Positions 13,257 through 27,520 of a stretch of 64,000 bases of DNA are shown here, in pieces. Origin of the DNA: the human T2T-CHM13v2.0 reference genome, Homo sapiens. The notes below the pieces were generated by a model. The model did not search any database. It was not told the origin of the DNA and saw nothing but the letters and a program-made list of their open reading frames with translations. The translations under genes were made by a program, and so were the position numbers. The stretch is from the NCBI RefSeq assembly GCF_009914755.1, contig NC_060940.1; one strand, 5' to 3'. Position 1 is the first letter of the stretch, and each line of letters opens with the position of its first letter.

Positions 13257-14224
13257 TCTTGTTCTCAGGAACACAGTTTAAGAACCACCGTTCCACTGCA
13301 TCGTTTTCCTGTCAGTCTTCAGTGGCCATGTCTTTTCATTTTGTTTTGTAGGGCAAAGACCTGCTTTGTTATGCAAGCCTCTTCTCCGTGAAAATGCATT
13401 TCATTTTTAGTTTTGCATATGTGCAGTTCTGTATTTGGTGTAGACAGGGTCATGTAGAGGAAGAGTACAGTCACTGGAAGGTGGACTGTCCCAGGTGGGC
13501 ATCTTCCTCAAAAGCCATGGACTCAGCACCTTCTGTGTATCTGCAGCCAACACATGGAAACATCTCATAGGAAATGAATCAGAGAAGTGTGCCCTGAGGG
13601 GAAGAGGGAGCAATTCCTGCCAGGGCATGCAGTGAATGTTTCCCTTTCTTGCCCTTTGGTTCATTCCCCAGCACCTGTAGAGCCAGGAGGTTGAGGGATG
13701 CTTCATTTTCTCTCTCAGTGGAATGGGACCCACAGACAGCTGCTGCCTAGGAACATCATTTTCCTTTCAACCCAGGATCACCCTGGGTGGGTGGGTCACA
13801 TGGGGCAGGACATCAGTGAGGGGGACATTAGTATCAGTCCAGGATCAAGAACCACACTACCTGGGATGCCAATGGGTTTTGGAGAGGACTCTTCACTCAG
13901 GACGTTTCTTTCTTGTTGAGATGCTATTCCTTATTATTTTTGAACTATTTCCACATTCGAGTTTTGCATTTTCTCACCTGTTTAGTAATGGTGGATGGCT
14001 TCAGACATTTAACTGGGAAGACTCTGGATGTTTAGTAGACCTTTCTGTCACTGTCCATTACCATAGCTAGTAGGTACTCTCTCTTTGCATGATGGAGATA
14101 ACATGCAAATCCTTTTAGCAAAGCATCTGGCACAAAAGAGAAACACAAAATTGTCCGTAGAAGAAATTAATGTTAGTTGGACCAAGAAAGGACTTTGATT
14201 ATGTTTTCTTAAAAAGAATCTCTG

Positions 14225-14440
14225 TGTTTTAGACTGAAATCTTTACAGATGCAATGGCATGTCTGGGATTTGCTCCAAACAGTGCAGAATCGGGGCGGGG
14301 TGGCTGCGGAGATGAACCACCAGGAGCAGGGAGTTGAGGATCTCTAAAGCCTGAAGACAGGCATGTGGGGGGTATTATCCTATTGTACATGCTTTTATAC
14401 ATGTTTAATATTTTTCATAACAAGATGTGAAAAAGAAAAA
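14225..14440 (+). mobile_element. Old L1M 3' fragment
   Basis: ctgaaatctttacagatg...tgtctgggatttgctccaa...tgtttaatatttttcataa. Confidence 0.55.
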
Positions 14441-15633
14441 ATACTTGAGAAAACATCTATGAAACCCAAAGCACCATCAAAGGGACCACTCACCTGATGA
14501 GATCAGTAGACATCTTCAGAGTTGTTTTCCCCAGGGCGCCATTATTGCAAGGAATAGAAACCTGCTCAAGGCAGCTGGAGTGAAAATGAGGTTGTTGATG
14601 GGAACAGAGGTTCCAACAGACAAGAACACAGGGAACCTCGGAGGATTGAGAGCAGGACTGGGAAACCAGTCAGCGACTGAGAGCACTTCCTATTTGTCTT
14701 TTGTCTTTGAGTCCCAGAAAAAAATCTCTTTTGTAAATTTTTCTCTCAATTTCTCCATTCTTTTGCTTCTCCATGCATATTGGATTTCTCTGATAATTTA
14801 TCCTTATCCAAATGACAAAAAATGGCCACCCCTTGCACAAATGCTGGGAAACCTATATTTCTCTTAGTTCAAATTTATCAAAGAAATAATCCCATTTTTC
14901 ATGAATCAACTGATGGAGTGGTTACCCCGGAGTCAGGTAATCAGCTCTGGGTCCAATCAGCTATGGCCAAGGAAGCTAGGATCACATGATACAAAATGAC
15001 TCCCTAGTACCACTGTTTTCAGCAGGGACTGGGGGTAGGTTTAGGTCCCTCAAATGTTTTATGGATTATGCAGGCACCCTGAGCTATATCTACTCAAAAC
15101 CGCTAAGATTTTCAGGAAAGAAATATTCTAATTTGCCATTTAGAAATTATATAATCTCTGTCATTTGGACTACAGTTGAGTCCACTTTCCTTTTTCTTAG
15201 GAGAAATAGAGAAGAACTGGTTACTATTCTCATTGGGAGACTCTCAAACACATGTACGTTGTTTTCTTTCTACCTTGTGTTTTTATTCTTGAGACAAAAT
15301 AACCCGAAAAGTTAGTGTCTACTTACAGTGCTCTTACTTTATGAAAGATGTGACATTCAGCATTTTGGGGAATCAGAGACATGACTCCGACTCTTCAGGA
15401 GCTCAACAATGGGAGAGGCATGCCCCAGGTTGTCTGTGTTTGAGAGGCAGGGAAGTCTGTGCCAAGTTCTTTCTGTTCATGGTTACTGGAATTCTCACCT
15501 CTAGCATCTGATTTCTTTCTTTCCTGTGTGAGCTACCTCCCATGGGCATTAAAAATCAAGTCTCTGACACCACTCCGCATCTTCAAAGAAAACAAATCAT
15601 TTACAGAATTTTAATCAGATAAAGAGAGGAGAA

Positions 15634-15921
15634 GGCTGGGCACAGTGGCTCATGCCTGTAATGCCAGCAACTTGGGAGGCCAAGGCAGGAAGATCACTTG
15701 AGCCTAAGAGTTTGAGACCAGCCTGGGCAACTTAGTAGGACTCCCATCTCTACAAAAAAAAAAAAAAAATTTAAATTAGCCAGTCATGGTGGTTTAGGCC
15801 TGTGGTCCCAGCTAAGGCAGAAGGATCACTTGAGCCTAAGAAGTCAAGGCTGCAGTGAGCCGTGATCATAACACTGCATTCCAGTCTAGGCAACAGAGCA
15901 AGATCTGCTTCAAAAAAAAAA
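15634..15921 (+). mobile_element. AluJ
   Basis: ggctgggcacagtggctcatgcctgtaat...agtcaaggctgcagtgagccgtgatc, A tail, TSD-like aggagaa. Confidence 0.92.
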
Positions 15922-16224
15922 GGAGAAGAAAAAGATGCTCACCAATGACTAGGACTATGATGATCTGGTGGGTTCCTGAATATTCTTTCATCTGGCTCCT
16001 GTAGTCACTTCAGGGCCTGACTATGCCTTTTCTACTGTGACGTAGCTAGGGAAGGACTTAGTAGGTTCCAATCATCTTGAAGACTTGCCAGTGAACAGAC
16101 CATAGTTCTTAGGCAAGCAACCACAGGTCCCTTGAGTGGCTCTGTTATTAATCTCTTCTGAGACATCGGGCTTTCTTAAAACATTGAATGAGCTTTATGT
16201 AGAACTCTGTACTGTATACTGTTT

Positions 16225-16326
16225 AAAATTTTTATGTAAATATATATCTTATGTATATTTTATATAATTAGTTTTTATTTTTATATTATATTTCATATTA
16301 TATATGTGTGTGTATATATATATATA
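16225..16326. repeat. AT-rich / (TA)n low-complexity tract
   Basis: Directly visible. Confidence 0.8.
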
Positions 16327-18269
16327 GTGCACACAAACATGATGTGGAGGCTGAATGAAAATGTTCTCATACGTTTTCTTCTAAGAACTTTACTGTTTAC
16401 ATTTCACATTTTGTGTATGGTGTGAGGTAGGGGTCAGGATTCATTGTTTTCTGCAGATGGATATCCAATTGATCTAGCACCATTTACTGAAATGACCATT
16501 ACCTGGAAATTAAATCATGTCCAAACATAAAAGCATCCATAATTGGCCACAGGTACAGCCTTGGATGTATGACAGTGAAGGAAATGGTTTTAGAAGTGGT
16601 AGAAAGCAAATTGTCAGATATGTTGTAGATGTACAGTACCTACAAAGAAAGGGGACACCCAGAGGGAATACTAGCCCTCTCACTTACTGATGTATTTTTG
16701 TGCCTAGTGGAGTCTCCAGCATGCAACAGACACAACAAATATTTATTAAAATGAATTGTTGTATCTTTCCGCCATGAGATAAATCCTAATCATAGAAGAA
16801 AACCAGATATCTAATGCCGCTTTCCCTTCCAAATGTGGACATGATAGGATTGACATCATTTGCCTCATGTCTGTTGTTGGAGCATAACAAGAATGAGCAA
16901 GTGTGTGAGTGCCAGGCATACATAACTGAAAAAAAAAAGCTTCTTCCACACCACTCGAGGAAAATAAAATACATATATACATAACTACATTATATGGCAG
17001 ACTGTGATAAGAGCAGAAAGAGTCACAGGGGTTTAAACCAAATTCTCCAATTTCTTAGTAAGAATTTCATATGATACAGGGCAAAATCCATCATCATTAT
17101 CCTTGCTAACAAATACTGACTCCTTGTTATACATATGCCAGGCTATTTGCCAAGCTCCTTAAATGCATTATTTATATCAGTCACAGTTGCTACCCATTAG
17201 ACTATTGGGAAGAGCCTTCCAATAAGCTGTATCTTTTATGTAAACATAGACTCAAAAATGTTTGCAAGTTATATTTCTGATGGTCTCTCCCCTACCCTTT
17301 TATCATCACAAATAGAAATTAGTGAGACCCTATAATTTTTTTAAGCTAAGGGCCAGATGACTACATCCCAGCTTTTCAAGTTCCATATTAGTTCTCTGTG
17401 AAACTTTAGGGTTAATGGCTCGTGAACTTAGTCTAGTATTCAGGTCAAACATGCAACTAGTCAAGCATGCAAGCTTGCATATGTGCAGTCCTTTAAACTT
17501 GTCCTCTGTCACTTCTTTCCCATCTGTGTCTTTCCAGCCTTCTGATCATTATTTCCATCTTCCATGTTAATCTAAAGGTCAACTTTCTGCTCTTGGAGGA
17601 AGAACATGCATTCTTGGTGTATAATAAAATTCAAGTCCCTCTTCCTACTTGTGATTGTCTTTGTGGCTCATCCAGGCAGCCTCATCCTGAATGTCTATGA
17701 TGTAAGTCAAAGAAAAGAAAATAATCAGTCCTGAATTTGGAGGGAAGAGATCAAAAGCCCAGTACATAGTCCCAACAGGCCACAGTGATTGTGTAAAAAT
17801 ACGTTTTATATCTTGTATTTGATTTGCCACACAGTTTAACAGAAAAGTAACTTTATCTATTTTTTCCAATTAAAGGTAGTAATAGTACAATCAATAATTC
17901 CTCCTGCTCTAGTGTGGTAAATTAATGTCTTTCTATTGTTTTTAAATCACAAAGTGAGCATTGCTATAGAAATGTAAAATGGTACCATTTCATTTTAATC
18001 TATTTAATTTTCCTTTCTTGAATTATATAATGGGGTTAAAACATTGAATAGAATTAATAGAATGAGTATTTAATTAAGGAATAATGAGCTTCTAAATGAA
18101 TGCTCAAAGAAACTGCTTCATAGTTTATGCAGAAATCAGATAATGGGCTTAACAAATACTATAATAATTGTGTTGAATGTTTTCCATATTTAAAGATTTT
18201 TTTTTTCTGTATTCTCTCAGGAGTAGATTTAAACGTAACCCAGTTCCTTGATTAGGCTACACTTTGCTT

Positions 18270-18743
18270 TCATAGTAAATCCCAAATGCCTTCCCATGGC
18301 CCACAGGGCCCTGCATAAGGTGACTCTACCACCTCTGGAGTCTGATGTCATAGAGTTCTCTCTGGCTCTCCCCTTCATTCCAGCCACACCCAGCTTGCCT
18401 TTGTTCTGCAAAGCCACCTTTGGCTCTTCCCGCCACCTGGCCTTTGCTCTTCCTCTTTCAGATGCCAGGTATGTTCTCACCCCCTTCACCTCTCTAAGGC
18501 CTCCTCTTCTTTCAGTTCTCAGGGAATTTTTCCCTGATGATCCTCTCCAGACTGGATCAGATACCCACCTCCACACATACACACACACACATACACACAC
18601 ACACACAGACTCCCCAAGAACTGTAATTTTATTTCTTGACAATTAACACGTTGTTATACATTTCTTTCCCATCTGTCTCTCCTTTCAGCCTGTAATCTCC
18701 CTGAGGAAATATATCATGTCTGTTTTGTTTAGTGGTGTAACCC
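18270..18743 (+). mobile_element. L2 fragment containing (CA)n at ~18572-18607
   Basis: atggcccacagggccctgcat, cagccacacccagc, gcctttgctcttcctct, tgtaatctccctgagg. Confidence 0.65.
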
Positions 18744-18908
18744 TGGATGGATGGATGGATGGATGGATGGATGGATGGATGGATGGATGGGTGGATGGAT
18801 GAATGGAAGGATGGATGGATGATGAATGGAAGGATGGATAGATGGATGATGGATGGATGGATGGATGGATGGATGGATGGATGGATGGATAAATAGATAG
18901 ATGGATGG
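18744..18908 (+). repeat. (GGAT)n microsatellite
   Basis: Directly visible. Confidence 0.97.
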
Positions 18909-19146
18909 CAGGTAAATGCCGTTGTGGACCCATCCAAGGACATATGAGGGCCACAATGCACATCTCTGAGAATTCCTAGCACATCAGCCCCTTTCCATTC
19001 TACTTGAATTCATTTGCCCACACACTAAAAAGGTATTCTATACCAGCCCCTTCAGCAGGTGCTGCAGACATAAAACTATCAGTGTCATGGAAGAAGCTGC
19101 ACAGGTTTGTCTCACTTATACATGGCCTAAATATTAATTTTATTAA

Positions 19147-19260
19147 TTCATTCATCCACCCATCCACCCACCTACCCATCCATCCATCCACCACCCACCC
19201 ATCCATCCACCCATCCGTCTATCCATCTATCTGTCCACCCATCCATCCATCCGTCCCATC
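19147..19260 (+). repeat. Degenerate (CCAT)n microsatellite
   Basis: Directly visible. Confidence 0.92.
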
Positions 19261-19393
19261 TTCAGACCTGCTCATGTGTTGGGCACTGTGCTGTTTACTA
19301 AGGATCAGGGCTGAGTCATCCATTAGGCACCATTATCACAGTGCTAGGACCCTAAAATCGAAAGAAATAAAAAGAACTTTTAGGGTAAAATAA

Positions 19394-19729
<336 letters not shown>

Positions 19730-22029
19730 TAAATTTTTTAAAGCACATTACTCTATTATGATAGGAGGGGTTGATGAAGGCAAAGGTGACTGGGGTCCAC
19801 CAGCCATGACGCAGCTCTGCTGGAGCACAGGGAAGATCAGTCCATCCCTGGTCTTCTGGAACACTCAGGCAAGTGGCAGAATCAGGTGTCAGTCAACAAG
19901 TCAGTCCCTCTTAGTCTTGCTTCTGTATGGCTTTGTCCCTTCACATTCCCTCAGGCCTCACCTCTGCTGCCAGATCCCACTTCCTATACTTAAGATCATT
20001 CATTCATTCAACAAATATCTACTGAGTTTCTTCTGTGCACCTAGCACCATGCAAGAGACTGGAGATAAAGCCATGAAGAGACAGGTGCACATAGAGCCTC
20101 CAGCCTCCTCAAATCATGATTTCTCACAGTGTTTTCATCTTGGCAATGACACTCATCTGCTTTGACAGAGCAACTTCTCACTTATGCACTGGACATGACA
20201 GCGTTTCTACCTGACTGGTGGTTCCCAGCATCCTCTAGCCTTAGCCCATTTCATGCCCACATGATTGATACCTGGTTTTCTAAGGTACAGGTGTCAGAAG
20301 AACCACAAGGACGGGTTATGAGCTGACATCCACTTTGATAAGCAGGGGCAGAGAACCAGTCCTTTGGCTCTGGACCGCAGCAAGAGGGTGAAGGAAGGAC
20401 TGGCCTAAGCCATGGGGATCTAAGGTGGGCAGGAGTGGCAGAGCAAAGATTACTGGAAACCAGGAGACTTAGGTCTGATCTTTGGGTCACTAAACGACTT
20501 TGGGCAGCACTCTTCCTTCTTCCTTCCTTCCTTCTCTGTGCAATCATCTTCATCTGTAATATGAAGGGATTAGATCACACATGTGTCACCAAGCCCCCTC
20601 CTGACTACATGGCAGGTAGCATTAATTGATCACAGCATTCTTTCCTGCTGAGCCCAGATGTACTGCAGGCCTGTCCACACCAGGCTCAGGCAGCTTCACC
20701 CATTCACAAGGGTAGGTCATGTCATTGACACCTGCCTGCCGTCCTTAGACTGGGACTCTATCCTGCTTCTTGCCCCGACTACATATTGGAATTATCTAGG
20801 CAGGTGAATAAAATGCTGAGTCCTAGGCTTTACCTCAGAGCCTGGGGAATCTGAATTGATCTGGGGAGTCTGAATCTGAATTGATTCCCTGACTGATGCC
20901 TGATTCTGCCACTTGACTGCGTGTCCCAGAAGACCAGAGATGGACTGATCTCCCATGCGCTCCAACCTGGCTAGAGGACCCCGGGCAGTTTCTCTTTCAT
21001 CAGCCCCTCCAACCATAATAACCATAATAGATTTTCATGCGCTTTAACCCTGGGGAATCCTGAATTGGAATAGGACTCGGGAAGTTTTTCAAAGCCTCTG
21101 GGAGATTCTAATGTGCAGACAGGGCTGAGAACCGTTAGTATAGTTTTCTTGCTCAAGAATTCTATGATTTTTGTGAGAAGAGAAGATAGAAGATAGGTAG
21201 ACATTAAACAAGAATCACACGAATCAGATCAAAATAATTGCACCCTGGAGTTGTTTCTGTGTTACAGCAGCCTCAGTATCCCTTCTCATTCCCACTATTT
21301 TCTAGCCTCCATGCATGTTCTAAGAATTTTCCAGCTCTCCTTTTATGGAAGACAACTCGCCCAGGTTTGCCGAGGCGCAATAAACAAATTAGTTGCAGTC
21401 CCCGCCCTGTCCCCTGAGAGGCCTCAGGATTAAGGTTTATGATTAATGATTTCCAAGTCAATTAATCAGCCACTGCTTTTGAAACCTCATTTCTCAAATT
21501 ACTTTTCTTTGAACACAAGGGCTTTTTGATATCACCTTACTGTCTCTAGATTCACTTTCCTACTAATTGAAATTCCAAGATATTTCTTCTTTTTGTCAGC
21601 TTATTGGTGTTACTTGTTTATAAAATATTTGCAAACACATTACTATTCACCTGTAGTGTGTCAGAGGTAAGCACCAAAACAATACTTTATGCTTTCGGCT
21701 CAAAGGAATGTGCTAATGAAAGCTCATGAAATTCTCTATCTATGAGAAAGTTGATTTTTCATTTATTGATTTATTTTCACCACACCTACTTGAAACAAGA
21801 ATTTGAGATGTATTACAATAGAAACACAGGTACATCAAGGCTCCAAACAATTCATGTAGATGATTTCTTAGAAAATGGTTTCTAAGATCATATTAAAACT
21901 GGATATGGAGTGGGAAGGATGGGATTGGTTTTCTTCATTAGGGAAAATAGCAGTATCTAGCAGAGGATCTGGGGTCAAATCCCAGTCTCTCCACTTACAA
22001 GTCTTAACGCTTGACTCATCTGATTATGT

Positions 22030-22410
22030 TGTTATTTTGGGGAGGCAAGGCTGCGAGAACAAATGCAAACAAAAATGGCTTGAACTCAATGAAAATTTGT
22101 TTCTCATTCAATGATAGTTCAGGACAGGTGTTCTTGGCCACCAGGTTGCTCCCCTCCATGTGGTGACTCAGGGACACAAGCTCCTCCTTCCTTGTAGCTC
22201 CCTGCTTCCCTGGGGTTTTGTGGTCCTCTGCATTCAGGTAGGCAGAGGGTGAAAAAGCACAGAGAGGAGGCACAGCTGTTCTTTTCACCCTCCCACCACA
22301 GAGCAGCACAGCACAGCCATGGTCAGTATCATTGCTGCCCACATTCTGCAGGAGAGAAGTTAGTCTCGTGGCCTCACCTAAGTTCAAGGAAAGCTGAGAA
22401 GAAGAGCATA
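22030..22410 (-). mobile_element. Ancient MaLR (MLT1-like) LTR relic
   Basis: ggctgcgagaacaaa...aaaatggcttgaa...gctcctccttccttgtagctcc...cctcacctaagttcaaggaaagctgagaa. Confidence 0.5.
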
Positions 22411-22549
22411 GTATCTTCCAACCGTAATCCTCTTATGTTATTATTTATTTTTAAGTGAGATGATGTGTGTAACATACCCAATGCAAAGCATGTAGTAAAT
22501 GACTATGTGTTTTCAAAATAGTGACCATTACCATCTGCTTTGTTTGCAG

Positions 22550-22732
22550 TTTCAAGCCACAGTCGAGGAAGGAGCTGTGGGAGTTATTGTCAATTTGACA
22601 GTTGAAGATAAGGATGACCCCACCACAGGTGCATGGAGGGCTGCCTACACCATCATCAACGGAAACCCCGGGCAGAGCTTTGAAATCCACACCAACCCTC
22701 AAACCAACGAAGGGATGCTTTCTGTTGTCAAA
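22550..22732 (+). CDS. CDH13: Cadherin-13 (T-cadherin) internal coding exon, probably exon 9; EC3 repeat, phase 0/0
   Basis: Acceptor ctgctttgtttgcag|TTT and donor GTCAAA|gtaagg. 61 codons: [61 protein letters not shown], with cadherin DxDD motif and NLT sequon. Matches the human CDH13 peptide as I recall it. Confidence 0.97.
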
Positions 22733-22998
22733 GTAAGGGTGCTTCCAATTGCCTCTTTCTCCTCATGCGAGCACGGAGGGCCCCATGAGGCAGCTCATAG
22801 AATCATTGAGTTTAGAAGGCCACAGATAAATTCCCCCAGTCTCCTCCTTCTGGGAATTAACAAAGGAAAAGGCTCATGGCTTAAGGGTGCACTCGTATCC
22901 TCAGCAGCATAAACAAGCAGCCATAAAACAAACCTGTTTTATAGGTTCTAAAATACCCAAACTTATGTGTAACTTTAAGAAAACCAAACTTAAGTGCA

Positions 22999-23321
<323 letters not shown>

Positions 23322-23954
23322 TAAATGAAATTCTTTATACATTTGCTAAGGAATTATTAACAGATATGCCAAAATGAGATGTGTGAAGGTGTTTTTAGAG
23401 ATCTGTGCTCAAAACGTGGGCTACGACATGACTTCTTAATCTTCCTTAGTGAGCTCAATTATTCCTTAAAAACACACACAACATAGTTATTGGTGTGAAA
23501 CCCTCTGTGACCCTTGCTAACTCACACACTGACCCTCTCTATGGCAACAAGTAGAACAAGGAGGAAATGTAATTATAAATGTAAAACCTCTAGCTCATGC
23601 TGGTAATCCAGAAATATTAGTGGGGGTGGTAGCACAGAAGGCTTGCTACAGGTGGCCTTGGTATTCTGGGAGAAGGCATTTCTACACAGTTTCACTCTTT
23701 CTGGGAAGTTCTGGGGAGAGTTTCTGCCAGAGACCAGGACCTTCATGGGAACACATTTTCTTTTCTAGTGGATGAAGCCATTTGCCTGAGCAGCAGGGAT
23801 CAATTGTATTTATAGTGATAGTACCAGTGGGCAGAGCAGGGAAATGGCTGCCCACTCCCTGTGTGCCCTTGGCCAAGACACCCATGTTTTCTGTGCACCA
23901 GTTTCCTCATCTGTAAAATGAGAATGTTAATGTAACCTCCCTCTTAGGGTTGTT

Positions 23955-24520
<566 letters not shown>

Positions 24521-24777
24521 TAGCAAACACATTTTGGGGAGGCCTGAGCTCCAGGATATGTGATGGAGATGTCTATTTACCCAAGTTTTATCTTCCAAAC
24601 TTCAGGTCTGGAAAATTGCCTGACAGATTTTATAGACTCAGGACTAGCCACGGAGGACAGCCAGTGGCTATGTCATTCTATGACTTTTACAGCTTCGAAA
24701 GTGCAACAGCCATGGACACAGAGGGCCAGTGCCAGGGTTTCCTAATAACTTTGCCATTGCCCAATACATTAGTGCTT

Positions 24778-25299
24778 TTATGTACTTCGTGCATTACTGC
24801 TAGTCCCCATGAATAATATACAGTACTATAATTGCTTATTCATACATAGTACATTCATATATAGGAGTACATTACAAACCTAGTCTACATACACATAAGC
24901 ACGTATTAACAATCCCTTAATTAACTATCGCACATCTACTGTTGTCAAGTACACAATAAAACCTAATCCATACGAATACTGACCCGTACTAGAAATCCTT
25001 AATATTACGTAGTACATACATTCGTTCATCGGACATAGCACATTGCAGTCAAGAAATCTCTTGCCAACATGGATATCCCCTACCAAATTTTGGCCTCTGA
25101 ATCTACCAATCTCCGAGAAATCATCCCCGCTCAGGAGTACTACCCTCCTCGCTCCAGACCTATAACACTTGGGGGTGACTATTCTGAAACTATACCTGGC
25201 ATCTGGCTCTTACTTCAGACCCATAACATTAAGATCACCCACATGTTACCCTTAAATTAAGACATCTCGATGGACTAGTGACTACCAGCCTATTAACCA
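24778..25299 (+). pseudogene. NUMT: nuclear copy of the mitochondrial control region (ETAS/HVS-I through the central conserved domain)
   Basis: Collinear D-loop blocks: tatgtacttcgtgcattactgctagtccccatgaata; acatagcacattgcagtcaa; ctcctcgctcc...ataacacttgggggt; catctggctcttacttcag; cccttaaattaagacatctcgatgga; cctattaacca. Confidence 0.93.
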
Positions 25300-25364
25300 A
25301 CCTTGGCAACAGAGTGAGACTCTGTCTCAAAATAACAACAACGAAAAAAGAAAAAAAAGAAAAA
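25297..25364 (+). mobile_element. Alu 3'-terminal fragment with A-rich tail
   Basis: ccaaccttggcaacagagtgagactctgtctcaaaataacaac... Confidence 0.85.
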
Positions 25365-25422
25365 CCAGACTTGCAGGAAGGAGCCATTCTCCTCTCCCTA
25401 CATTCCTGTGCTGGTCCACAAT

Positions 25423-25575
25423 GCAGTGGCTCTCAAATGCTAGCATATATAAGAATCATCTGCAATGTTAGTTAAAATGCAGATTTCTGGGCTTGCCCCA
25501 GACCTGCTGTGTCAGAATATGAGAGAGAGGTGTGCCAGGTGGTTCTGTTGTTCACAGGGCACACCACTTGTCAAG
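25423..25575. mobile_element. MER5-like MITE relic
   Basis: cagtggctctcaaa...agaatcatctg...gttaaaatgcagatttctgggc. Confidence 0.65.
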
Positions 25576-27520
25576 GGGCATGGCCTTAGGGGAAGCAGTT
25601 TCCATCAGCTTGTCCGCCCTCCCTGCAAATTCCAGGGGAAGAGGTGCCCACAGAGGCTGATGCTCTTGCTGACTTCAGCTTTGCTAGTGAGTGGACTTTC
25701 TTTGCTTTGGAATTGGGATGCAGACTCTCCCTCACCCCACATTGGCTGCCTCCCAGGTCAGTAGGAAGGGCCTTGAGTTCTATCTGTCTCTCAGCACATG
25801 TGAGGCAGAGCCCCAGAACACCTTCTAGAAGCCAGCTAGGCCATGCTCTCTGCTGCTGTCCACTGTGCCAGCCACTGGTGCAACCATCAGGGATGCATTC
25901 TGTTGCAAGTAACAGAATGTTAGACTAATAGTGGCTTAACTAATGAAGGGAATTTAAGAATTTTTATAACTAGATGAAGGTAGGCCAGTCCAGGATTGGC
26001 CAACAGTTCCAGGTGGCAGAGAGCCAGCAGTGGGGTGCCTCAGATGCTTTTGACATTTTCCTCTTGGACATAAAGTAGCTGCCAAAGCCCCAGGCATCAT
26101 ATCTTCCCATGATGCTGCATCCTAATGCAGGAAACAAGGAGGCAGCCAGGCAAATGAGAGAAGGTGCTCTTATGAGACCCTCTCCTCTTATCGGGGCAGA
26201 AAACATCCTTTCTAAGGGTCCCCCGGCCAATTTCCCATGATGTTTCATTGACCAATGACATACGTTCTTCCTTAACTTCAAGGAAAGCTGAGAAAGTCCA
26301 AATCTGGCCTTTGGGCCTTTACAGTGCATAAGGCAGAGGGGGGCTGGTGATTGCTGTTGGGCAGTCAAGCACAAGCAGGTCTGCCCTAACCAGTTAGCAA
26401 TCCAACATACAGAAGAACTATTTGGAGTCTCAGGATGCTGCTGGTTTCCAGCAAGGTCCTGCCACTTAAAAGGACCAAATCCCAGTGGCTCTGACAGATG
26501 AGTGTCGGCTTCGTCTTTAAAACCTTCAGATCAGAAGCACCCTTAGCTGCTTTCTAAACCGATTCTAAAACCACCAGAAAGTTATTCTTTCAGCTGAATA
26601 TAATCAACCCTACATTTTAAGTTTATTTTCTATTCTGTCCTCAAAGAAAGTAGTATCCAGAAAGCATCCGTTATTCCCCAAACCTTTCACAGGCCTAAAC
26701 ATAGCTATTCATTCAGTTCTGGATCCTCCCTCTTCCAGCCAACAAACCCAGGTCCTCCATCCTTCCCATGTGGGTCAACTTTTCCAGGCTTTAAATTTCC
26801 CAGGGCAGTGGTTTACACCCTCTCTTGTCACTTGAAAAAATATTAATTGAATTGCCTCTCTGTAGCTTCCATCAGGAGTATTTTCAATTTCCTCCTGTCC
26901 CTGACACAGAGGCCCAGCAACAGACAAAGCACATTAGTAAGATTGTGTGCTTTGTGAGATCTTGGAGGGCTTCTTAATCCAATTACAGCACTCGGAGGGG
27001 ATTAGGAACAGAGACCCATGTGTCAGCAGCTCCAGGTGGTCTGGCCCTGGGCATCATACAGCTGGAGTTAGTAGATCCCACCTTAGGCAAATGGAAATAA
27101 ACATTAGCATGGCCCTGCTCCCTTCCTAAGGCCAGCCTCACATTGTATGGCTCCCTCCCTCGCTGCTCCCCTCCCTCTGTGGCTTCCTGCATGGCATAGT
27201 TCCTCTGAAGCCAGCGTTCCGTTCAGGGAGTGTCAGCCTGGGAACATAGGAGAAACACTGGGGCCGGGGAAATGACTCTTGCAGCTCTTGCTTCCCCACT
27301 CTTCTTCCTCACCATCTTAACAGCTTCTTGTTATTGATACCAACACCAGGCCTAGCTCCATGGGAAATATTCAACATTCATCCTGTCCGCTGATCTTTAC
27401 AACAATCCTCTGTACTAGGATTTTATTGAAGAGACAGCTGAGACTTCAGGGGAGGCAGTGACTTGCTGGTGGTCCCAGAGTTATGATGCATCAGGGCCAG
27501 GACTTGACTGCCACCCATCT

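Noticed and set aside
18629-19393. IHPS-repeat ORFs
   Set aside because: Translations of the (GGAT)/(CCAT) microsatellites.
22733-22912. Read-through of the first exon as an alternative terminal exon
   Set aside because: The donor (AAA|gtaagg) is good and only weak CATAAA-type hexamers follow the stop.
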